A model generated the notes under the pieces. That model ran no database searches and was not told the DNA's origin. It saw only the letters and a program-made list of their open reading frames with translations. A stretch of 63,755 bases of DNA, counting the filler, from Octopus bimaculoides (lineage: Eukaryota), in assembly GCF_001194135.2 (NCBI RefSeq). It is 6 parts of 6 records of this genome, joined end to end, with 100 filler letters (N's around TTAATTAATTAA, not from the genome) between each part and the next. Parts side by side here need not be neighbours in the genome. Positions count along the whole stretch, not along the records: positions 14,526 to 32,784 come from NC_068989.1; positions 32,885 to 48,861 come from NC_068982.1; 4 more parts are not named here. One strand, given 5' to 3'. Positions 26,481 to 38,481 of this stretch are shown here, in pieces (the first letter of the stretch is position 1; each line of letters begins with the position of its first letter). The position numbers and the translations under genes were made by a program.

Positions 26481-27254
26481 ATTTACGTCAACTCCACAGA
26501 AATCATTAAGCATTGTATATATACATATATATATATATATATANNNNNNNNNNNNNNNNNNNNNNNNNNNNNNNNNNNNNNNNNNNNNNNNNNNNNNNNN
26601 NNNNNNNNNNNNNNNNNNNNNNNNNNNNNNNNNNNNNNNNNNNNNNNNNNNNNNNNNNNNNNNNNNNNNNNNNNNNNNNNNNNNNNNNNNNNNNNNNNNN
26701 NNNNNNNNNNNNNNNNNNNNNNNNNNNNNNNNNNNNNNNNNNNNNNNNNNNNNNNNNNNNNNNNNNNNNNNNNNNNNNNNNNNNNNNNNNNNNNNNNNNN
26801 NNNNNNNNNNNNNNNNNNNNNNNNNNNNNNNNNNNNNNNNNNNNNNNNNNNNNNNNNNNNNNNNNNNNNNNNNNNNNNNNNNNNNNNNNNNNNNNNNNNN
26901 NNNNNNNNNNNNNNNNNNNNNNNNNNNNNNNNNNNNNNNNNNNNNNNNNNNNNNNNNNNNNNNNNNNNNNNNNNNNNNNNNNNNNNNNNNNNNNNNNNNN
27001 NNNNNNNNNNNNNNNNNNNNNNNNNNNNNNNNNNNNNNNNNNNNNNNNNNNNNNNNNNNNNNNNNNNNNNNNNNNNNNNNNNNNNNNNNNNNNNNNNNNN
27101 NNNNNNNNNNNNNNNNNNNNNNNNNNNNNNNNNNNNNNNNNNNNNNNNNNNNNNNNNNNNNNNNNNNNNNNNNNNNNNNNNNNNNNNNNNNNNNNNNNNN
27201 NNNNNNNNNNNNNNNNNNNNNNNNNNNATATATATATATATATATATATACGTA

Positions 27255-27903
27255 TTGCCAGAGTTCAAGAAAACCTGTTCTGCAAATAAGTCATGCGATA
27301 AGAGTTTGAAAATCAAGCGCCCATCGCATTTTCTCTCGCTGTCATTGGAAAAGTTACATTCCAAGAACAGTCATGGGGTAACGGCTTATCATCAAAAGGG
27401 CTATTCTTTTCTGACAATATTCGTACTGGTCCCATTTACTTGAATTTGTTGCAACAATCAGTAGTGCCAGATAATCAAGTATTTGAAAATGTAGAGTTTT
27501 ATTTCTAACAGGATGAGGCGTCCCAACATTTTCCACAGTAACGTAAGGGCCTACCTTGATGAGATTTTGCAGGTAATTGCACAAAGTTCAATAGATTACC
27601 ATCCGTGTTTATCGGACCTCACAGCACTAGACATTTTATGGGGATACTTATAAGATAATTTTTACGGTACAAAACCAGCAATACTCTATGAATTGAGCAC
27701 CTCCATTGAACGACGATACGCAAAACTACCTAGTAAACTAATTCTTGATGTTTGCTTTGTATTATCAGCAATGTCTCGACATCAGACATTCACAAAATGA
27801 TTGAATTAGGTCTGTTAAATTAGATAAAAATTGGGACAATGAAAAGTATTTTAATACCAACTTTATAATCATTCAATGTGTGTAGGGATTTTTGGGACAC
27901 CAC
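27255..27903 (+). mobile_element. Tc1/mariner-superfamily relic (DDD domain plus 3' TIR; DUF4817-type element)
   Basis: Pieces [25 protein letters not shown] (QQDGAPxH) and SDLTALD...WGYL (SPDLTPLDFxLWGYLK). Terminus TTTTTGGGACACC. Confidence 0.85.
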
Positions 27904-27929
27904 ATATATACATATATGTATGTATATAT

Positions 27930-27943
27930 AGATCGGAAGAGCG
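27930..27943 (+). other. Illumina adapter remnant (assembly artefact)
   Basis: AGATCGGAAGAGCG directly abutting an N-gap is the Illumina adapter prefix. Confidence 0.9.
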
Positions 27944-28097
27944 NNNNNNNNNNNNNNNNNNNNNNNNNNNNNNNNNNNNNNNNNNNNNNNNNNNNNNNNN
28001 NNNNNNNNNNNNNNNNNNNNNNNNNNNNNNNNNNNNNNNNNNNNNNNNNNNNNNNNNNNNNNNNNNNNNNNNNNNNNNNNNNNNNNNNNNNNNNNNN

Positions 28098-28522
28098 AGT
28101 TAGTTTAGTTAAGATAGGAAATAGAGAGTGAATATAGGGATATTGTATTTGTAAATCCATTGTTTAAGCAGAATGGTATACATATAAGATTCCAATAACT
28201 TGTGAGTAAGATCCAATTGTTTTTAAGATTGGTCGTTGGCTTTGTAAATCCATTATTAAATTTCCAATGCCTTATGAGTAAAGTCTAGCAGTCTTTGAAA
28301 TTCGTCATTCCAAATACAATTTCAAAGACCATTGTACTTTACTCATAGGGTATTGGAATCTTAATAATGGATTTACAAAGCCAACGACCAATCTTAAAAA
28401 CAATTGGGTCTTACTCACAAGGTATTGGAATCTTATATGTATACCATTCTGCTTAAACAATGGATTTACAAATACAATATCCCTATATTCACTCTCTATT
28501 TCCTATCATAAGTAAATTAACT
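28098..28522. repeat. Long fold-back inverted repeat (~200-bp arms)
   Basis: GATAGGAAATAGAGAGTGAATATAGGGATATTGTATTTGTAAATCCATTG... pairs with ...CAATGGATTTACAAATACAATATCCCTATATTCACTCTCTATTTCCTATC. Loop CGTCATTCCAAATAC. Left arm is cut by a gap. Confidence 0.95.
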
Positions 28523-28545
28523 ATTGCTTAATCATCCTCTCACAC

Positions 28546-28595
28546 TGTCTCGGATGAAAGGATATAATAAATATCCTGGAAACAGCTGTAAGACA
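28546..28595 (+). ncRNA. Minimal type I hammerhead ribozyme motif, core mutated (U4>G)
   Basis: TGTCT-CGGATGA-A-AGGATAT[AATAA]ATATCCT-G-GAAA-C[AGCT]G-TA^AGACA. 5-bp helix I, 7-bp helix II, palindromic helix III loop. Confidence 0.7.
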
Positions 28596-28809
28596 TTCGA
28601 TTTATAAATGTTCTATATTATACAGAGCCTTGGTTTTTTTTATCTCATTACGAAAAGTATATCCTATATTCACACGCTGATATATGACCTACGTTGGACC
28701 CCTTATTCCCATAACCACCGAACCTGGAGCTTAACCGTGGTCTATGCATAGCACTTACTCAGCATTACCTGAAACCTCTGGGTCTAATTGACACCACCGT
28801 CGCTCATAA

Positions 28810-28867
<58 letters not shown>

Positions 28868-29442
28868 NNNNNNNNNNNNNNNNNNNNNNNNNNNNNNNNN
28901 NNNNNNNNNNNNNNNNNNNNNNNNNNNNNNNNNNNNNNNNNNNNNNNNNNNNNNNNNNNNNNNNNNNNNNNNNNNNNNNNNNNNNNNNNNNNNNNNNNNN
29001 NNNNNNNNNNNNNNNNNNNNNNNNNNNNNNNNNNNNNNNNNNNNNNNNNNNNNNNNNNNNNNNNNNNNNNNNNNNNNNNNNNNNNNNNNNNNNNNNNNNN
29101 NNNNNNNNNNNNNNNNNNNNNNNNNNNNNNNNNNNNNNNNNNNNNNNNNNNNNNNNNNNNNNNNNNNNNNNNNNNNNNNNNNNNNNNNNNNNNNNNNNNN
29201 NNNNNNNNNNNNNNNNNNNNNNNNNNNNNNNNNNNNNNNNNNNNNNNNNNNNNNNNNNNNNNNNNNNNNNNNNNNNNNNNNNNNNNNNNNNNNTACATAC
29301 ATACATTTTAACGTGGATTTTGTTAGAATGCCGAATATTGTATTATTAGCCTTGAGACATCCTCTCATATAGGCAACATTGTTCATAAAATCACAGGTAT
29401 AAATCGAAGCAAACTTGAATCGTGTGTTATGGGCGCCGGAAA

Positions 29443-29484
29443 TCCCATATCACATGAATGTAGTCTATTCCCTCATCAGTGGGA
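29443..29484 (-). ncRNA. Degenerate type I hammerhead motif
   Basis: Minus reading TCCCA-CTGATGA-GGGAATAGACT-ACAT-TC[ATGT]GA-TA^TGGGA. Helix I and III intact, GAAA lost. Confidence 0.4.
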
Positions 29485-29785
29485 AGCATCCGGTAACTAC
29501 ATAGCAAAAAAATCTCGCTTCTGCGATATATAGAATATAAGTATTTTTTCAGACACTGATGTCGCAAATAGCCACCACGCTTGTCAAGACTTAATTATTA
29601 GCGACGAAACCAGTTTTAGCAGGAAATGTCAATCTTAACATCCAACTTAAGGTGAATGTCTTGTTAGAACGCCGAATACTGCGTTATTAGCATTGAAAGA
29701 AACCTTTTCACATAGGCGCATGGTGTATAAAATCACAAACATATATTGAAGCAGACGATCGTTTGGTATGCGTTCACCAGATGTC

Positions 29786-29830
29786 TCCCACTGATGAAGT
29801 CCAATTGACTGAAATCTCTCTAATACGGGA
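29786..29830 (+). ncRNA. Degenerate type I hammerhead motif
   Basis: TCCCA-CTGATGA-AGTC[CAATT]GACT-GAAA-TCTCTCTA-ATA^CGGGA. Core and helix II intact, helix III and I damaged. Confidence 0.5.
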
Positions 29831-32344
29831 TTTCCAGCCATAACAGACGATTCTCGTTTGCTACGATTTATGTTTGTGCTTTTATGCACCATGCACCTAT
29901 ATGAGGAAATCTGTCAAGGCTAATAACGTATTCAGCATTCTATCATGACATCCAAATTAAGTTGGATGTAATTGTAGGGACATAATAAACTCCATCCCAC
30001 TGTTGTATTCCTTTGAAATCATTGGTTGTTGTACCTGTGTAATGTATCGCTATGCCATCGAGTAGTACAACGGTGACTCTAAACTTTTGAGAGGTATGAA
30101 CCTATCAGTGGTCAGTCGGTGGGATTTCGGTAGTTACAGGTAGGGATACGAGATAGAGAATTAAAGGGCTTATGATAGTTTACGATAAATATGGATGATT
30201 AGAAAATGCTGTCTAAAAGAAACAGGATTTTTTTTACCAGTATTAGTGGACACGTAGGATTAAACTACATTGCTTATACCTTACTCCCTTCGAGTTTGAG
30301 GGTGGATGCAATGTTTATGGTATCGAGAGTACGTTTATGTTATGTATATATAAGTATGTGTGTGTGTGTGTGCGTGTGTGTGTGCGTGTGTGTATGTGTG
30401 TGTGTATTTACATGCATGTACATAGTTATATATATGTATATATATCTTAAATCCTTAAATACTAGAAAAGAAAAAAATTCCAAAGTTTCAAATCAACAAC
30501 TTTGCCTTAATTTTAGCTAACTTGGAGATATTTTAAGTTTACATGATTAGAGCTTAAATTGTTCGATCAACTCGTTGAATTATCGTGTATGTAGAAGACT
30601 TCTCCAAACAAATATGCCTTTTATTCTCAGAGACAATTAAACAATTATTAGTATAATGCGTATTAAGATAAGCTCTTTGTTCTATACGCGCGCGCGCGCG
30701 CAAGTCTCAAATCAACAATTGAGACGCAAAAATCAACAATGCACAGCTTACACTCATCTCTTATTCGGGCCCACGTTTCAGCTGGGAATAACCTTGTTTC
30801 GTGAAGGAGATTGTTTAGACTTTTATTCAAGAAATTTCTATGCTGTAATTGTGAGAAGTCTTGACGCAAAAACACTGTCAATTTATAAAAATGTTCTGCT
30901 AACGTGACGCTGGAATTGGTGGAAATAAATCAGGCAAGTTGACATTGAGCGCTGCTACGTTTGTATTTTAGGACATGGGGCACTACTACATGAAATATTT
31001 AAGTCCTTCACACAGAAATATTATTCGCATCAAATAGATATCAATTTATATTGAATTCTAGTTCAGGTTGGTATAAGTTCGTGTGTGTCGGTTTAACAGT
31101 CCTATGTTCGAGTAGTACGGAGTGCGTTCTGCGTTAACATATATTTCTGCGGTAGGTTATTTTTAGATAACCACAATCAACTCTCTATGTGTGTAATACC
31201 ATTTTACACCAGACGTGTATACCCACGTCATAACAGATATGATCCTTATGAACTGCTATATGTCTCTTCAGACTCGAAATCTATTGTCTCACACTACACC
31301 CATCGAATACACTCGGTCATGGTGGAAAGATGTTGTATACAGGTGATCTTTCATACATACATACATACATAAATACATACATACATACATACATACATAG
31401 GCCCAATATGGCTGAATGGTTAAAAATTAACTTTGCAACAATTGGTGCTGAATTCAATTTTACTCCGTAGTATCCTGGATAAAAATCATTCTCTTCAAAT
31501 TCGGTTACCGCTATAAGGTTTGAGTGGAACTTATTAGACGGAAGCTGTATAGAAGCTCATCGGGTGGATTGTACCAATCATTCAAAACGGTACGGCTTTG
31601 TCACACACACACTCTATTCTCCTAATACATATATACATACCTGCATATGTATTTGCCACTCTACTCTTGCAAAGGGAACCCTAAATTACTTCAACAATTT
31701 ACTCTAGACATAATACATATATCAATCATGAATATGGTTACTACGTAAATCATAGTCATCTTGAAACAGCTGTCGAGATAAGACATTACATAATTCTTAT
31801 TTTACAGTCTGTATTTTGTGCTCCATGTAAATATATCACTCAAGCTTTTGTTTATCCTACCTTACCACATCTGTCTCCTCTTTCTCCCTCTCTCTCCCTC
31901 TAGTCTCCTCTCTTCCCTCCTCTCTCTCTTTCTTTTTCCTTCTCTACATACGTACACACACACGCACACACACATACATATGTATGCATATGTATATATA
32001 GTTTAGTTCCGTTAAGGTAAGATAAACAAAAAGGTACTCCATCCAGCGAGAGATAAATATCAGTTATTGTACACACTATAAAGATAAGAGCTACTGATAG
32101 TTTCTTGCATTGGAGACGCAGGTCTCCATACATGGTGATTGTTCCATCGAGATGATTGCCGTCTCTCTCAGCTTCTTTGCTGTCAATGGCATTTCCGACA
32201 TGCGGTCTATGACCTGCCAAATAATCATTCAGTCATAACACCCCTTGTGACACAATTCTTAGGGACAATGCGTAGTATAAGAATCTGCCTTGACCCGCAT
32301 CTCCAATGCGATAAACTATTAAAAGCTCGTATCTTTACACTAAA

Positions 32345-32383
<39 letters not shown>

Positions 32384-32449
32384 TAAATCTTTAAATCTTT
32401 AACTTGTTTCACCTTCAAAGATATGATCATGCTCGGGCACCACCGTTGG

Positions 32450-32715
32450 CTGTGCTACACAATTATTTGATACCGCTTCTGATATGTGTCATTTGGTGAA
32501 TGAGGGTGTGTTTCCTGCTGTGAGCTAGAGTCATCTGGAACCCTTGACAGGAGGAAATCCAGTTTTGTTTTCAAGACACCTACATCCACACTGTACATGT
32601 CTCTCAGACATTTTGAAAGGATATTGAAGAGCTGTGGGCCCTTGGAACTCAAGCTATTGCAGTATCTGGTCCTGTACCTTGATGGTGATGCCGAGATCTT
32701 TGGCACTATGTAGGG
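32450..32715 (-). mobile_element. CR1-group LINE 3' end
   Basis: RTRYCNSLSSKGPQLFNILSKCLRD...VDVGVLKTKLDFLLSRVPD resembles the typical LINE ORF2 C-terminus (S...RG..LFN.LP..LR......FK..LD..L...PD). Confidence 0.8.
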
Positions 32716-33156
32716 GGTAAGAATGAAGGAGAAGGAGAAGATTATGTTAGAGACGAGCGACTCATGTATACATACATGTATATANNNNNNNNNNNNNNNN
32801 NNNNNNNNNNNNNNNNNNNNNNNNNNNNTTAATTAATTAANNNNNNNNNNNNNNNNNNNNNNNNNNNNNNNNNNNNNNNNNNNNATATATGACAAGTGTC
32901 TTCTACTATACCCTCGTACATACGTATGTATGTATGTATGTATTATGTATGTGTATGTATGTGCATGTATGTATGTATGAATATGTATGTATATATATGT
33001 ATATATGTATGTCTGTATGGGTATGTATGTATGTATGTATGTATGTATGTATGTATGTATGTATAAAGACATTTGTTGAATAATGCGGGAAGGCATAAAG
33101 TAAACTACAAAAGGAAAAGGATAAGGAAACAAAACAAAGCTGTAGTTTTACCTCGC

Positions 33157-33196
33157 ATTTCTACATTTCGGGGTTACGACCTCTTCTTCAGGACAT
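33157..33196 (-). ncRNA. Degenerate PLE-type minimal hammerhead
   Basis: ATGTC-CTGAAGA-A-GAGG[TCGTAA]CCCC-GAAA-T-GTA^GAAAT. Three substitutions from a fully paired consensus (GGGG/CCCC, GAAAC-GTA, GACAT). Confidence 0.55.
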
Positions 33197-33462
33197 TTTA
33201 AAAAAGCAGTGGCTGGAAAGTCGCTGCTCAGATGTGTGGGGACGGAAGGCGGAAAGGAGCGGAAGAAGGAAGGTGACATGCGCAAACTGGTGATGCTATA
33301 GCGACCACTCCGCTTCATGTAGTTCTTTAGGTGGCACTTCTTTAGGTGTTTCTTCACTGATGTGGTTGTGAGCATGTTTTTTATACGGATGAGCAATTTC
33401 CTTGTTGTGCTCCTAATATACGGTGGCCCGCGTTTACTGCAGACTACGTCGTATACCAGATT
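33157..33462 (-). mobile_element. Penelope-like element 3' remnant (GIY-YIG endonuclease plus terminal HHR motif)
   Basis: Minus translation NLVYDVVCSKRGPPYIRSTTRKLLIRIKNMLTTTSVKKHLKKC fits VY.I.C..C...YIG.T.R.L..R..EH....SV..H, followed by a CTGAAGA...GAAA motif. Confidence 0.75.
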
Positions 33463-35104
33463 GGTCCTATATAGAAAGAAAGAAGCAAAAATTGAAAATA
33501 TTCAGATGAAAATTCGTATAGAAGCGTAGAGATATTTATGCTTACAGAGCAAATTTACATGGGGTACAAAAGATACAGAAAACTAAGGGGAGATAGCATG
33601 GTATTTCAGATCTGACAGCTGTTTCTGGGGGCTCAGAGTTACAACATACTTGTAATGTTGGCAGATGGAGTGTACAAAATGTTAGGAATATGCTACCAGC
33701 AGCGGATGCTGCTGGTTGCATATTGAAGGTCGTCACCGTACCCACCCATTGTCGTTGTTTTGATGCTATTGTGGCTGTTATTGTTGTTGTTGATTGGTCT
33801 CCCCCTCCAACTTGATCACGATCGAGTAGACATCATAATCATGGACTAATCCTGTCATGACCATCCGGTTTAATTCACCCATCAATATCGTCCCTCGGAT
33901 TCTATTAGCCATTTGTAGCAGCGTGCGGTTTAAAGTGAAAGTGCGTGGCTTTGTGGTTAACTTGTTTTACCCACAATCGTAAGATCATCGTTTCAATTAC
34001 TGGACGGAACGGTTCATTGTGTTCTTGAGCAATACACTTCATTTCACGCTACTGCAATGCACAGTTGTAAAGGAGTAACCATTGAACGGACTGGCGTTTC
34101 AGCCGAGGAAGATGTCGTGGTGTCAGCCGATTATACGCTATGAAAATTGAGTAGCGGCCTAAAAAACCGTAGGAGGCAGAACAATCATGTCCAGGGATTG
34201 ATGACGTTGATGATGGTGTTTGTGGTGCTGATGATTAAGAATGCTGCTGTTTCTATCAGGTCAAGCGATCACGTACAGACTTTGTTGCTGGTTAGATTTA
34301 CGAAATTGTGCGCGCGCGTGTGGGGGAGGGTACATTTGTTTACAACAAACAGCATTGCTCTAGATCTTCGGGAAGTGAAAGGATTAACATAGTCGTCTCG
34401 AACATTCTCCGTTGTTTCCCGTTGAGACTCTCGTCGAAACCCGTGTTTGGATTAAAAATATTAATGCATTTTGCTCTCTTCGTCTATTATCCTACACTAA
34501 TGTAAAAATGGTCTTAATTTGAGTGAAAATTACCACCGGTCCCTCGAGAAGTCTGAGACGATTCCTGCAATTAATCAATAAACTTCTCTCTCGGTGTTAT
34601 TTTTACGATTTATATATTTATTCTTTATCACTGTTTTCCCCCACCCCCTCTCACTGCCTTCCTCTCTTTCTCACAAACACACACCATTTCCCTTTCTCTC
34701 TCTCTCTCTCTAAATATCTTCTACAGACTTTCTCAGCTCTCTCAATTTCTTATTCCGCTCTCTCGTTATATATATGTTCTTGGTAATTGTTTTATTTTCA
34801 TTTTTATTTATCATCGATTACGTACAATTTCTTTTTTCGTTTGTTTTATGTCGTTTCTTTACGCACGCCCTCTACCAATCTCTGTTTGCTGTTTAAACTG
34901 AATGAACGGTTGTCTCCCCTGAGATTTCAGCCGGGCAAAGCATTACCTTTGCTTCAAAACCAACATGGCTGCCTAATGACGGAGCTTTCTTCGGGGAAAA
35001 CCCCTAGATTTCGAAAGATGGGGAACGAGCTGTGCAGAAAGGAAGATATATTGAACATACAGAAGTTGCAGATAGAGGAAGAGAGAGAGAGAGAGAGAAA
35101 GGGA

Positions 35105-35178
<74 letters not shown>

Positions 35179-35357
35179 GAGAGAGGAACTGTAACAGGAA
35201 TGCAACGATGTTAGAAATGGTAAGGGAGAAATTGCTAAAACCGATCAAGCCATAGAACAGCAAATGAATTGAGGAGGGTTCATAGGTAATAAAGAGTTCT
35301 ATTAAGAACGGGTGGAATGGACGAATGGAATCGAAATATCAGTCGCCCTCCTCTCTT

Positions 35358-35400
<43 letters not shown>

Positions 35401-35806
35401 ATATCTCTCTACACACACGGACATACCTACAACAACATCCTACTGCTATATTTGAATTACGTAATTATACATGCAGAAAATGATGTATATACATACATAT
35501 ATATACATACACACACACACACACACACATGTATACACACACACACACATATATATACATATATATATATATATACACACATGTGTGTGTGTGGCTGTGT
35601 GTGCGTGCGTGCATGCGCGTGTATGTGTATTTGTTCCTCACAGCCCGTGTTGGTGTCACTTGACAACCGGTGTTGGTTTGTTACGTCTCGTAAGTATCAA
35701 GGTTAAATAAATGAGTACTGGTACTGGGTTGATTGGTTCAGCTAAAAATTCTCCAAGGTGGTGCCCCAGCATAGCCTGAGATAAGCCCGTCGTATATGTA
35801 TGTATG

Positions 35807-35905
<99 letters not shown>

Positions 35906-36189
35906 ATATATATATATATATGTGTGTATATATATATATGTGTATATATACATGTGCTTGTGTATATATATGTATATATATGTGTGTGTATATATATGTA
36001 TATATATATATATGTGTACATATATATGGGTGTATATATACATGTATATATATATATATGTGTGTGTATATGTACGTATGAATGTTGTTGAACTTTTCGC
36101 CAAATGCAACCTGCACAAATGATTCGCTTATAGTGATCAAATGTTCGTGCCGCACATTAGCTCTCTCTCTTTCCATCAAATCGACGTTG

Positions 36190-36345
36190 TCTGAACAGGT
36201 GGTTCACAGGTGTGCCACGCGTCAGGTGTCGAAGTGATCGCAGAGCAACATGAAATGAAGTGTTTTGCTCAAGAACACAACACACCACCCGGTCTAAGAA
36301 TTGAAACCGCCATCGCTACACGCGAGTGCAATACCATAACCGTGT
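36190..36345 (-). mobile_element. tRNA-derived SINE (family S4)
   Basis: GAAGTGTTTTGCTCAAGAACACAAC...CCGGTCTAAGAATTGAAACC. Related segments at about 33945-34110 (+) and 37075-37190 (-). Confidence 0.6.
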
Positions 36346-36559
36346 GAGCCACTCTGTTGCGTCTATGACTTTCGCCAAAGTCTTCAGGTTATCATGACTC
36401 GTTTCAGTTGCAACTTGCCTGAAGATTCTGTGTCTCCATAAGTGGAACCCGGTTTATCATGAAACTGACTTGGTCGAAATCTAAACACTATTCATATCTA
36501 CTATGATATCGCGTAATCCTTTTTCAGACAGCCAATACTAAACGGTTACACACACGCAC

Positions 36560-37190
36560 ACTGCCACTCCGTCGGTTACAACAGTGGTTCCCAAAGCGGG
36601 CAGTAGCGCCCGATGGGGCAGTGGAAAGATCCAGGGAGGGGGGTCTATGAAGAAAAAGGGGCGATAATGGGTGACCAAAACGGGGCAATACATGTAAAAA
36701 AAAACAAGCAAAATAAAGGGTTAATTCAGTTTAAGTTTTATTTGTGAAATACTGTTGATTTGAATTTGCTGCAGAAAATGGTTCATGTCTGTGATAGTAG
36801 GTGGGGGGGGGGCATTAGGAATGTGGCCTTAAAACCGAAGGGGCGGTAGCGTGAAAACGTTTGGGAACCACTGGGTTACAACGACGAGTGTTCCATTTGA
36901 TCCAATCAATGGAACAACCTGTTCGTAAAATGAACCTGCAAATGATTGAGCACTCTACAGACATGCATGACCCTTAAAATAGCTGCCAGGAAGATTTAAA
37001 CATTACACAGAATGGGACAAGACTGGTCCCTTTTGAAATACAGGTACAACTTAAATATTGCTGGCAGAGTGGACCGGAGTAATGTGTAATAAAGTGTCTT
37101 GCTCAGGGACACAACGGCGCCGCCGGGAGTCGAACCCACAACATTACAACGGTGAGCTGAATACCGGAACCACTAAGCCACGCTCTTCCA
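36560..37190 (+). mobile_element. SINE S3/S4 composite interrupted by a hAT MITE
   Basis: CCACTCCGTCGGTTACAA [MITE] CGACGAGTGTTCC...CAAGACTGGTCCCTTTTGAAATACAGGTACAAC. Confidence 0.7.
36582..36873. mobile_element. hAT (Charlie-like) MITE, 292 bp, with perfect 8-bp TSD
   Basis: TIRs CAGTGGTTCCCAAA / TTTGGGAACCACTG. TSD GGTTACAA at 36574-36581 and 36874-36881. Confidence 0.95.
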
Positions 37191-37251
<61 letters not shown>

Positions 37252-37352
37252 TAGGTCAGTATTGCAGTCGTGGGAGAGGGAATATGATCGAAGATGAATA
37301 CCATCTTCTAATTTCCTCCTTTTTTTTCTATATTTTTGGTCATTATATTGTT

Positions 37353-37420
<68 letters not shown>

Positions 37421-38195
37421 CATTTCATATTGTTTTTTTTCTNNNNNNNNNNNNNNNNNNNNNNNNNNNNNNNNNNNNNNNNNNNNNNNNNNNNNNNNNN
37501 NNNNNNNNNNNNNNNNNNNNNNNNNNNNNNNNNNNNNNNNNNNNNNNNNNNNNNNNNNNNNNNNNNNNNNNNNNNNNNNNNNNNNNNNNNNNNNNNNNNN
37601 NNNNNNNNNNNNNNNNNNNNNNNNNNNNNNNNNNNNNNNNNNNNNNNNNNNNNNNNNNNNNNNNNNNNNNNNNNNNNNNNNNNNNNNNNNNNNNNNNNNN
37701 NNNNNNNNNNNNNNNNNNNNNNNNNNNNNNNNNNNNNNNNNNNNNNNNNNNNNNNNNNNNNNNNNNNNNNNNNNNNNNNNNNNNNNNNNNNNNNNNNNNN
37801 NNNNNNNNNNNNNNNNNNNNNNNNNNNNNNNNNNNNNNNNNNNNNNNNNNNNNNNNNNNNNNNNNNNNNNNNNNNNNNNNNNNNNNNNNNNNNNNNNNNN
37901 NNNNNNNNNNNNNNNNNNNNNNNNNNNNNNNNNNNNNNNNNNNNNNNNNNNNNNNNNNNNNNNNNNNNNNNNNNNNNNNNNNNNNNNNNNNNNNNNNNNN
38001 NNNNNNNNNNNNNNNNNNNNNNNNNNNNNNNNNNNNNNNNNNNNNNNNNNNNNNNNNNNNNNNNNNNNNNNNNNNNNNNNNNNNNAGATACATAACTTGA
38101 GAATTTAGGATAGTTTTAAAGTCGGTCAACGTCCCTTACTATTTCTCTTTCTCTCCCCTTCTGTCTCTCTCTCACTTTCCCTCTCTCCCTCCTTC

Positions 38196-38234
<39 letters not shown>

Positions 38235-38425
38235 TTTCTGACTATCGACTTTCAGCGATGTAAGAAGAGAACAAAAGAGATTGGAAGAAGAAAGACCAGC
38301 GAGGGACCACAGCGACTGTGGGTGGGTGGGGGGTCGAGTGTACCTAGGCACCATGTTTGCTTTCATGATTAGATATATTTTTAGCATTTGATGTGATATT
38401 ATATGGTGTAGGAACAAGGAACAGA

Positions 38426-38481
<56 letters not shown>

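Larger units (their letters stand above)
29315..29945. repeat. Rearranged repeat cluster (direct and inverted copies) forming a fold-back with an HHR-like loop
   Basis: 29315-29490 is an inverted diverged copy of 29770-29942. 29660-29765 is a direct copy of 29315-29420 and pairs with about 29840-29942. Confidence 0.75.

Noticed and set aside
36355-36430. CTGAAGA-CTTTGGC-GAAAGTC on minus and a CTTCAGG...CCTGAAG inverted repeat
   Set aside because: Lacks helix I and a valid helix II. Could be chance.
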